In this document: one piece after another, positions 51,070 through 58,518 of the stretch | Position numbering within the stretch: the stretch's first letter is position 1 | How the letters are laid out: every line of letters begins with the position of its first letter | The notes under the pieces: generated by a model | Seen by the model: only the letters and a program-made list of their open reading frames with translations | Told to the model about the DNA's origin: nothing | Databases searched by the model: none | Program-made: the position numbers and the translations under genes | From: Endomicrobiia bacterium | Lineage (GTDB): Bacteria > Elusimicrobiota > Endomicrobiia > DTEH01 | Direction of reading: 5' to 3' | DNA: 64,000 nucleotides | NCBI GenBank assembly: GCA_039630545.1 | Contig: JBCNUU010000001.1 | Span: 60,052 to 124,051, forward strand

Positions 51070-51100
51070 TTTGACATAATGTAAAAAATTTTTGTTAAAA
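51070..51100 (+). promoter_or_regulatory. putative promoter (TTGACA / extended -10-like TGaCATAAT) upstream of zinc-ribbon membrane protein
   Basis: TTGACATAATG at 51070-51080; AT-rich context, weak. Confidence 0.2.
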
Positions 51101-51157
51101 AAGTTTAATTTTTAAATTTATTTTTAGCAAAAAAATTGCATCCTCCACCACTATGGG

Positions 51158-51871
51158 ATGGGAAAAACAAAATTTTTAATATTTTTTCTGCCACTGTTTA
51201 TTAGTATTATATATGGTGGAATTATATGTGACAGATGTGGGATTGAAAATCCTGATGAGAATATGTTCTGTCAAGATTGTGGTGCGAGGTTAGTCAAATC
51301 TAAATCAACAATCTTTCATGATGAAAAGCCAGCTTCTCAAAATCAAGAAAAAATTTGTCTCTCCTGTAAAACAAAAAATTTAATTTCTGCTAAATTCTGT
51401 CAAAATTGTGGTGTAAAATTATCAGAAATTTCATATAAAAAAGAGCAGTCTTTAAAGTTCACAAATATAGATGCTTCAAAAAAAACAGGGGCTATTGTTT
51501 TTTCTATGCTGTTCCCAGGAGCAGGACACATCTATTTAGGTCATAAGCAAGAAAAAATAAAAGGGATAATTCTTGCCTCTGCATCTGGGGGTTTGATTTT
51601 AAGTAGCATCTTAATGTGGAGTTATGCCGAAGCAAGATATAAAGAATATGAAGACACCAAAGATGAGTTTGCCTATGAAGATTATTCATCAAGTATAGAT
51701 ATTGTAAACTTTTTGCTTGTGACACTTGCTGGTGTATGGGTTTATAATGTAGTAGACATCTTCATTACTACTTCAAAAGTTGGCAAATTTTCACATTTTG
51801 GTAAGGATTTTGAAATTTCAATAAATTTTTCGTCTAAGAAGTTTGAAGTATGTTTTGCTAAAAAATTTTAA
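51158..51871 (+). CDS. double zinc-ribbon membrane protein with TM2-like segment
   Basis: Two CxxC...CxxC pairs (CDRCG...CQDCG; CLSCK...CQNCG), then hydrophobic FPGAGHIYLG segment resembling TM2-domain motif. Confidence 0.4.
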   Translation: MGKTKFLIFFLPLFISIIYGGIICDRCGIENPDENMFCQDCGARLVKSKSTIFHDEKPASQNQEKICLSCKTKNLISAKFCQNCGVKLSEISYKKEQSLKFTNIDASKKTGAIVFSMLFPGAGHIYLGHKQEKIKGIILASASGGLILSSILMWSYAEARYKEYEDTKDEFAYEDYSSSIDIVNFLLVTLAGVWVYNVVDIFITTSKVGKFSHFGKDFEISINFSSKKFEVCFAKKF

Positions 51872-51898
51872 ATTCTAATTAAAAAGGAGGTACAAAAT

Positions 51899-53137
51899 AT
51901 GAAGCATAAAATAATAAAAATAGCTACAGCAATACTGGTTGTTGTGTTGTTTTTTAGCTGTAGCCAAAGAAAAACTGCTCCATCGAGTGCACAAACCCAA
52001 ACATACTCATTAAATGTGATTATTAACCCTCCCGGTGCAGGAACAGTTACACTTAATCCTTCCGGACCCACATACAACGCAGGAACAGTTGTAACACTTA
52101 CAGCCACCCCACACAGTGGATATGTGTTTTCTAGTTGGGCTGGAGATTTAACCGGGACAACAAATCCTGCTACTATTACTATGAACTCAAACAAAACTGT
52201 AGTAGCTAACTTTACTCAAACCGGAAGTGGCGGTGGTGGCAGTGGTGGTGGCAGTGGTGGTGGCAGCGGTGGTGGCGGCGGTACTACTACTACTTATACT
52301 CTTAATGTATTAATTTCTCCACAAGGAGCGGGAGCAGTTACCTTAAATCCTGCAGGGGGGACGTATCCTGCTGGGACTCAAGTTACACTTACAGCAACTC
52401 CTTATTCAGGTTATATATTTTCATCTTGGTCAGGTGACCTAACAGGAACTTCAAATCCTGTAACAATTATTATGAACTCTAATAAATCTGTAACAGCTGT
52501 TTTCACTGCCTCTGGTGGTGGCAGTGGCGGTGGCGGTGGTGGTGGCGGCGGTGGTGGTGCTGATACTGCAAAATATAATTTTGAGACTACTGCTCAAGGT
52601 TGGCAGGCACAAACTTGGAGGGATTCTCAAGGAATTACTGCTGTAGCAAGAGATACATCAAAAGCAAAAAATGGAGTGGCAAGCTTAAGGTGTACGGTAA
52701 ATATACAGGGAGGAGATGAAACAGTTTTACCTAACACAAAAGGTGAAGCATGGGTAGATATGCAAAATAATCGCCCTTCTGGAGTTACTACTGTGCCTGT
52801 AAATTTATCTAATGCAACTGTTTCTGTATGGGTATTCTTACCAGATGAAGCAGCAGGAGATCCACAAAAACCAAATGGTATTCAGATTTTCTTTAAAGAT
52901 AGCAATTGGAAAAATAGATATAGTTCTTGGAAAAACATAGGTAATCCACCTTATGGACTTGAAACGAATACTTGGGTGCAGATTACGATTGATTGTGCTA
53001 CTGAACAGTGGGCATATGATGAAGCAGGATTTGATATGACTAAAGTTAGAGCAGTTGGTGTAAAAATTGGAACTGGTGGTGGCTCAACAGCTACATTTAA
53101 TGGCTACATCTGGATTGATTCTTTTGATTGGCAGTAA
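51899..53137 (+). CDS. surface lipoprotein: 2 divergent InlB-type B-repeats + Gly/Ser linkers + C-terminal ~190-aa beta-sandwich-like module
   Basis: Lipobox LFFSC; two ~75-aa repeats with TYTLNV...GYxFSSWSGDLTGT..NP.TI.MNSNK.V.A.FT pattern; poly-Gly/Ser linkers; C-terminal module shared with next gene. Confidence 0.6.
   Translation: MKHKIIKIATAILVVVLFFSCSQRKTAPSSAQTQTYSLNVIINPPGAGTVTLNPSGPTYNAGTVVTLTATPHSGYVFSSWAGDLTGTTNPATITMNSNKTVVANFTQTGSGGGGSGGGSGGGSGGGGGTTTTYTLNVLISPQGAGAVTLNPAGGTYPAGTQVTLTATPYSGYIFSSWSGDLTGTSNPVTIIMNSNKSVTAVFTASGGGSGGGGGGGGGGGADTAKYNFETTAQGWQAQTWRDSQGITAVARDTSKAKNGVASLRCTVNIQGGDETVLPNTKGEAWVDMQNNRPSGVTTVPVNLSNATVSVWVFLPDEAAGDPQKPNGIQIFFKDSNWKNRYSSWKNIGNPPYGLETNTWVQITIDCATEQWAYDEAGFDMTKVRAVGVKIGTGGGSTATFNGYIWIDSFDWQ
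52001..52510 (+). repeat. intragenic tandem B-repeat units (2 copies) in 51899 gene
   Basis: Direct protein/DNA repeat of ~225 nt unit. Confidence 0.6.
52223..52282 (+). repeat. GGT/GGC/AGT trinucleotide microsatellite (20 Gly/Ser codons) followed by (ACT)4
   Basis: ggaagtggcggtggtggcagtggtggtggcagtggtggtggcagcggtggtggcggcggt then actactactact. Confidence 0.9.
52514..52558 (+). repeat. GGT/GGC trinucleotide microsatellite (15 Gly/Ser codons)
   Basis: ggtggtggcagtggcggtggcggtggtggtggcggcggtggtggt. Confidence 0.9.
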
Positions 53138-53151
53138 TTTTTGTGTTGAAA

Positions 53152-53200
53152 AGAGGGGGTACTCTTTTAATGAAGCGAGAGTGCCCCCTCTCTTTAAATT
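53152..53200 (+). terminator. rho-independent terminator-like hairpin after 51899 gene
   Basis: 14-bp GC-rich stem AGAGGGGGTACTCT / AGAGTGCCCCCTCT (one G-U), 12-nt loop, followed by CTCTTTAAATT. Confidence 0.6.
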
Positions 53201-53221
53201 GTATAAATTTTAATTTCAGTT

Positions 53222-53288
53222 TCATCTTTTAAAAAGGAGAGCTATTTTAAATCTTATATTAGAAAGATAGCTCCTTTTTAATAGATGA
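53222..53288 (+). promoter_or_regulatory. long imperfect inverted repeat in leader of 53339 operon
   Basis: Arms TCATCTTTTAAAAAGGAG (53222-53239) and CTCCTTTTTAATAGATGA (53271-53288), 1 mismatch; 5' arm contains AAAAAGGAGA identical to the RBS of the downstream gene. Confidence 0.4.
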
Positions 53289-53338
53289 AATTGATATAAA
53301 TTTAAAATTTTAATGATCAAAAAAGGAGAAGCAAATTT

Positions 53339-55348
53339 ATGAAGAAATTGTTTATTTTCTTTCTAACTGTAAATTTTATATTATTTAATTTCTTAAGTTG
53401 TGCTAAAAAATCAAAATCACCAGTAACTACATCTACAACCACTTACACGTTAGTTGTGGTATGTAATCCTCAGACTGGCGGTGAGGTAGTATTAAATCCT
53501 CCAGGTGGAACATATAATGCTGGTACAGTTGTTACTATTGCTGCTTCTGCAAAAAGTGGCTATGTTTTTAGCGGATGGAGTGGTGATTTGACAGGTACAC
53601 AAAATCCTGTTACTGTTTTGATGGATAGAAACAAAACAATAGTAGCTAATTTTACACAACAAAGTACAACTGCTTATTATACACTTACAGTTAATATCTC
53701 TCCAGCTGCAGCAGGAGTAGTTGTACCTTCAAGTGGTACATATGCTGCTGGGACACAACTTACTTTAACAGCCACTGCTTCAAGCGGGTATGTGTTTAGT
53801 CACTGGAGTGGAGATTTAACAGGCACAACAAATCCTGCACAAATCACTATGGATTCAAACAAAGTAATTACAGCTAATTTTACACAGCAGCAAGTAAGCA
53901 CCTACACTCTTACTGTAAACATAAATCCTTTAGGTGGTGGTACTGTACTATTTAATCCTCCTGGTGGTACATATCCTGCTGGAACACAAGTGACACTTAC
54001 AGCTAAGGCAAATCCTGGTTATGTGTTTAATAACTGGAGTGGTGATGCAAGTGGGAATTCTGCCTCTGTGAGTATCGTGATGGATTCGAATAAAACTGTT
54101 ACGGCAAACTTTACTCAGACAGGTGGTGGAGGTGGAACGACTTATACTCTTCTTGTTAGTATAGAGCCCTCTGAAGCAGGAACGGTTTCTTTGAATCCAG
54201 CTGGTGGAGTGTATACGGCTGGAACTGTGGTGACACTTCAGGCACACCCTGAAAGTGGTTGGGTATTTGAAGGATGGAGTGGTAATCTTTCTGGCAACCA
54301 AAATCCAACTACTATTACAATGAATTCAAACAAAGTAGTTACAGCTAATTTTACCAAACAGCAGACCACCTATACGCTTACTGTTAACATAAATCCAGAT
54401 GGTGGTGGAAATGTTACGTTGAATCCTGCTGGTGGCACATATACTGCTGGAACGCAGGTGACCTTAACAGCTACTGCTTCAAGTGGGTATGTATTTAGCC
54501 ACTGGAGTGGAGATTTAACAGGAACAACAAACCATGCAACGATAACAATGAACTCAAACAAAGTAGTTACAGCTAATTTTACCCAACAGCAACAGCCCAC
54601 CTATACACTTACTGTTAACATAAATCCAGCTGGTGGTGGAAATGTTACACTGGATCCTGCTGGTGGTACATATACTGCTGGACAGGTAGTAATATTAACG
54701 GCTACTCCTTCAAGTGGATATCAGTTTTTAAACTGGACAATAGGACAAAATACAGTAACCTCAAACCCAACTACAGTTACAATGGATTCTAACAAAACAG
54801 TAACAGCTAATTTTGAACAAGTAGGTTCTGATACAGCAAGGTATAATTTTGAAACATCTGTTCAGGGTTGGGTCCATCAGACATATACTGATTCTCAAGC
54901 AATTACAGCGGTATCAAGAGATACATCAAAAGCAAGATATGGTCAGGCAAGTTTAAGATGTACAGTTAACCTTCAAGGAGGACATGCTAACTATTCTAAA
55001 GGTGAGACATTTGTAGACCTTCAAACGCCGACTGATTTAAGTAATAAAATAGTTACAGTATGGGTATGGGTCCCTTCTGAAACAGTTGCTACACCATCTA
55101 ACGGTATCCAGGTATTTTTTAAAGACTCAAATTGGAATAGTAAATATAGTAGCTGGCGCAATATAGGTGGTGATATTACTCCTGGAGTATGGAATCAGAT
55201 CTCAGTAAATACAGCTAATGAAGTATGGGGTTGGGATAATGGTTGTAATTTGTCCCAGGTAAGGTTGGTTGGAGTGAAGATAGGGACCGGAGATGGTTCA
55301 ACTTTTACATTTAATGGTTATATTTGGATTGATTCTGTAAACTGGTAA
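53339..55348 (+). CDS. surface lipoprotein: 6 tandem divergent InlB-type B-repeats + C-terminal beta-sandwich-like module (paralog of 51899 gene)
   Basis: Lipobox FLSC; six ~75-aa repeats each ending ...MNSNK.VTANFTQQ; C-terminal 190 aa ~50% identical to C-terminus of 51899 protein (YNFET..QGW, SLRCTVN.QGG, NGIQ.FFKDSNW, FNGYIWIDS). Confidence 0.65.
   Translation: MKKLFIFFLTVNFILFNFLSCAKKSKSPVTTSTTTYTLVVVCNPQTGGEVVLNPPGGTYNAGTVVTIAASAKSGYVFSGWSGDLTGTQNPVTVLMDRNKTIVANFTQQSTTAYYTLTVNISPAAAGVVVPSSGTYAAGTQLTLTATASSGYVFSHWSGDLTGTTNPAQITMDSNKVITANFTQQQVSTYTLTVNINPLGGGTVLFNPPGGTYPAGTQVTLTAKANPGYVFNNWSGDASGNSASVSIVMDSNKTVTANFTQTGGGGGTTYTLLVSIEPSEAGTVSLNPAGGVYTAGTVVTLQAHPESGWVFEGWSGNLSGNQNPTTITMNSNKVVTANFTKQQTTYTLTVNINPDGGGNVTLNPAGGTYTAGTQVTLTATASSGYVFSHWSGDLTGTTNHATITMNSNKVVTANFTQQQQPTYTLTVNINPAGGGNVTLDPAGGTYTAGQVVILTATPSSGYQFLNWTIGQNTVTSNPTTVTMDSNKTVTANFEQVGSDTARYNFETSVQGWVHQTYTDSQAITAVSRDTSKARYGQASLRCTVNLQGGHANYSKGETFVDLQTPTDLSNKIVTVWVWVPSETVATPSNGIQVFFKDSNWNSKYSSWRNIGGDITPGVWNQISVNTANEVWGWDNGCNLSQVRLVGVKIGTGDGSTFTFNGYIWIDSVNW
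53441..54826 (+). repeat. intragenic tandem array of six ~225-nt B-repeat units
   Basis: Units 2 and 5, and 3, 5 and 6, share long near-identical DNA stretches (e.g. ...ctgcttcaagygggtatgtrtttagycactggagtggagatttaacagg...). Confidence 0.8.
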
Positions 55349-55397
55349 TATCGTTTTTCTTAGAACAAATTAATTTAGAAAGGAGCCCACCTTATCA

Positions 55398-56303
55398 ATG
55401 AGAGGTTATTGCAGATTTAAGCCCTTGTTGCTTTATATTTTTTTATTGTCATTATCTTTTTATGTTTTTTGTAGCGGATTTAGTGGATTAAAACTGTTTT
55501 TTGGAGCAAGAACCACTGGGTTAGGTGAAAATTTATGTGGTTTATCAGAGGAAGTAGAAAATATTTACCACAATCCTGCCGGTCTTGTGGGAATAAATCC
55601 TTTTGAATTTAAAATTATGTATTCAAATTGGGTAGCAGATATAAATAGAAGTGATTTGATTTTAGCAAAATCTTTTAAAAATAAATCCGTGGTTGCTTTT
55701 TCTTTTAACTATATGTGGACAAGACTTGAAAGTGAATATAATAGTAGTGATTATTTTTCTTTAATACACACTATAGCATACGCAAGAAAATTAAATAAAA
55801 TTTATTTTGGATTAGGCACAACAATAGTATATGAATCTTTTTCTTTAGAAGAGGGTTATAATCTAGCTGGAGGTTTAGATTTAGGTGTACTTATCAGAAA
55901 ACAAAGAGCTGCTTTAGGCTTTAGTGTAAAACAAATAGGAAAAAGTTTTGTTTATATGGGAGAAGACTCAGAGATTTTGCCTTTTAATTTAAACTGTGGA
56001 GTAAGTTATATAATGCCTAACAATTTTGTTGTAGTTGGTAACATAAAATACAATTTGGATGGTTTAATTTCATTCCATACAGGATTAGAAGTTCCTCTAT
56101 ATAGAGGAATAAAAGAAGAAATAGCTATAAGAGCAGGCAATGTATTAAAATTACCATCCCTTAGTGATTTGCCTATAATTTCAAATTTTAGATTAGGTTT
56201 TGGATTTAGAAAAGAAGGTTTAAAGATAGATTATTGTTTGGTGCCTCTTGGAGAAAATATAGGTTTTTTTCATTATATATCTTTAGGATTTATTTTTTAT
56301 TAA
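55398..56303 (+). CDS. PorV/PorQ-family-like outer-membrane beta-barrel protein
   Basis: Signal peptide; N-terminal FFGARTTGLGENLCGLSEEVENIYHNPAGL matches PorV/PorQ hallmark (GAR..G.G.A......a.yWNPAGL); 301 aa; C-terminal aromatic residue. Confidence 0.45.
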   Translation: MRGYCRFKPLLLYIFLLSLSFYVFCSGFSGLKLFFGARTTGLGENLCGLSEEVENIYHNPAGLVGINPFEFKIMYSNWVADINRSDLILAKSFKNKSVVAFSFNYMWTRLESEYNSSDYFSLIHTIAYARKLNKIYFGLGTTIVYESFSLEEGYNLAGGLDLGVLIRKQRAALGFSVKQIGKSFVYMGEDSEILPFNLNCGVSYIMPNNFVVVGNIKYNLDGLISFHTGLEVPLYRGIKEEIAIRAGNVLKLPSLSDLPIISNFRLGFGFRKEGLKIDYCLVPLGENIGFFHYISLGFIFY

Positions 56304-56307
56304 AGTT

Positions 56308-58518
56308 ATGAAGAAAATATTTTTTATAACAACCTTAATAATACTTAATTCCAACATTTTTTTGTTTTCTCAACTTAAACCTAACCAGCTTAGAGTAAAT
56401 GGAAGAAATTTATTAGATGGAAATGGACAAGTGATTCGTTTGGTTGGAATAAATCATGGGCATGCATGGTATAGAGGATATTTAGGTTCTGCTCTTCAGG
56501 GTATAAAAAGTTGGGGTGCAAATTCTGTAAGAGTAGTTCTTTCTTGCGGTTATAGATGGACAAAAATTCCAGCTCATGAAGTTTCTGCAATAATAAGTGA
56601 AGCAAGAAATTTAGGTTTTAAAGCAATAGTTTTAGAAGTACATGATACAACAGGTTATGGAGAAGACAGTGCTGCATGTGATCTACAAACAGCAGTCAAC
56701 TACTGGATTGAGATAAAGAATGTTTTAATTGGACACGAGGATTTTGTAATAATAAATATAGGCAATGAACCATGGGGTAACCTCAACACCAGCGGCTGGG
56801 TGAATGCTACCAAAAATGCAATATCTGCTTTAAGAAATGCCGGGTTTACTCATGTTATAATGGTAGACGCACCTTGTTGGGGTCAGGATTGGAATAACAC
56901 TATGAGATATAATGCCACAAATGTGTTGAGTGCTGATACTTTGAATAATACAATTCTTTCGGTTCATATGTATGGTGTCTACAATACAGCTTCAAAAGTT
57001 CAGTATTATTTAAGTTATTACTATAATAATAATTTACCACTATGCATAGGCGAATTTGGACATTATCACTCTGATGGAGATCCTGATGAACAAGCAATAG
57101 TTAATTATGCAAGACAGTACGGAATGAGTATATTTGGATGGTCCTGGTGTGGAAACAGCGGAGGAGTCGAGTATTTAGATATGGTATATAATTGGAATCC
57201 GAATAGTCCTACTAATTGGGGAAGCTGGTATAAAAATAATGCATTAAGTGATCTTCCTCAAACTTATACTATTTCTATCAACATAAATCCTCAGAACTCA
57301 GGAAGTGTCACTTTATCTCCACCAGGTGGAACATATACAGCAGGCACTCAAGTTACACTTACAGCGCAGGCTAACAGTGGATATGTATTTAGCAGCTGGT
57401 CAGGAGATATAACTGGCAGTCAAAACCCGGCCACTGTTGTTATGAACTCAAATAAAAATATAACTGCTAATTTTATTCAATCAACTGTTAACACTTACAG
57501 GTTATCTTTAAGTATTTCTCCTTCCGGTTCAGGTGTGGTTTATCTAAACCCTTCAGGTGGGTTATATATAGCAGGAACTCAGGTGACTCTTACAGCACAA
57601 CCTAACAGTGGTTATGTATTTAACAGCTGGAGTGGGGATCTCTCTGGTAGTCAGAATCCCGCAAGTATTGTTATGGACTCCAACAAAAGTATTACAGCAA
57701 ACTTTGTACAATCAGGTTCAACCAGTATTACTTATACTTTAAATATAACTATTTCACCACAACAAGCCGGAAAAGTAAGTGTGAATCCGGTTGGAGGTGT
57801 GTATCAAGAAAATACACAGGTTGAAATTACTGCCTTTTCAAACAATGGATATGTGTTTTCTGGATGGAGTGGTGATATAACAACTAATGAAAATCCTTTA
57901 AAAATCACTATGAATTCTAACAAAAACATAACAGCTAATTTTTCCTCTATAAGTAGCACAACTTACACAGTTACAGTTATAATTTCACCTCAAAATGCTG
58001 GATTTGTGTACTTGAATCCAATAGGGGGTGTATATACAGCCGGGACTTTACTTACACTTGTTGCCTATCCTCAAGATGAGTATGAATTTTTAAACTGGTC
58101 AGGAGATATTTTCTCAGAGGCCCAAACTGTAAGTATTGTGGTTGATTCTAATAAAGTAATACAAGCAAATTTTATTTTAAAATCTTCAACAGCTCCTTTT
58201 TCAGATCAAAAAGAATTTTTAGATTCTATAATTATTCTTCCTCCTTCTGAAAACCCTTTTTATTTAAACAAAACCAACAGCTATGTTAAACTAAAATATT
58301 ATCTTAAACAGTCAATGTCTGTAAGGCTGAAAGTATATGATGTGTCTCTAAATTTAGTAAGGATCACAGAATACCAACACAATCAAGCTGGAGAAAATTA
58401 TTTCATATTTGATGCTAAAGATGACGAAGGATATCTTTTGCCAGCAGGACTTTATTTGTATCAAATTGAATCTCATAGTTCAAAAAGTAGTTTTGGTAAA
58501 ATTTTTATAGTAAGGTGA
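56308..58518 (+). CDS. secreted GH5 glycoside hydrolase (mannanase-like) + 4 B-repeats + T9SS-type C-terminal sorting domain
   Basis: SPI signal; GH5 catalytic motifs NEP (IINIGNEPWG) and GEFG (LCIGEFGHYH); four ~75-aa B-repeats (57262-58190); C-terminal ~95 aa matches Por-secretion CTD pattern (ENPF...YDvsLNLV...G.N...fDAKDDEG..LPAGLYLYQIE...KIFIVR). Confidence 0.7.
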   Translation: MKKIFFITTLIILNSNIFLFSQLKPNQLRVNGRNLLDGNGQVIRLVGINHGHAWYRGYLGSALQGIKSWGANSVRVVLSCGYRWTKIPAHEVSAIISEARNLGFKAIVLEVHDTTGYGEDSAACDLQTAVNYWIEIKNVLIGHEDFVIINIGNEPWGNLNTSGWVNATKNAISALRNAGFTHVIMVDAPCWGQDWNNTMRYNATNVLSADTLNNTILSVHMYGVYNTASKVQYYLSYYYNNNLPLCIGEFGHYHSDGDPDEQAIVNYARQYGMSIFGWSWCGNSGGVEYLDMVYNWNPNSPTNWGSWYKNNALSDLPQTYTISININPQNSGSVTLSPPGGTYTAGTQVTLTAQANSGYVFSSWSGDITGSQNPATVVMNSNKNITANFIQSTVNTYRLSLSISPSGSGVVYLNPSGGLYIAGTQVTLTAQPNSGYVFNSWSGDLSGSQNPASIVMDSNKSITANFVQSGSTSITYTLNITISPQQAGKVSVNPVGGVYQENTQVEITAFSNNGYVFSGWSGDITTNENPLKITMNSNKNITANFSSISSTTYTVTVIISPQNAGFVYLNPIGGVYTAGTLLTLVAYPQDEYEFLNWSGDIFSEAQTVSIVVDSNKVIQANFILKSSTAPFSDQKEFLDSIIILPPSENPFYLNKTNSYVKLKYYLKQSMSVRLKVYDVSLNLVRITEYQHNQAGENYFIFDAKDDEGYLLPAGLYLYQIESHSSKSSFGKIFIVR
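57262..58190 (+). repeat. intragenic tandem array of four B-repeat units
   Basis: Four direct ~230-nt repeats encoding TYT..I.P...G.V.LNP.GG.YTAGT.VTLTA.PNSGYVF.SWSGD..G..NP....M.SNK.ITANF. Confidence 0.8.

Noticed and set aside
52190-58000. N-F-T sequons at the end of most B-repeats as bacterial N-glycosylation sites
   Set aside because: PglB-type bacterial N-glycosylation needs D/E at -2 (D/E-X-N-X-S/T); here -2 is Thr/Ala (T-A-N-F-T), so N-glycosylation is unlikely. O-glycosylation of the Thr-rich linkers by the TMTC-like enzyme is the more plausible hypothesis.
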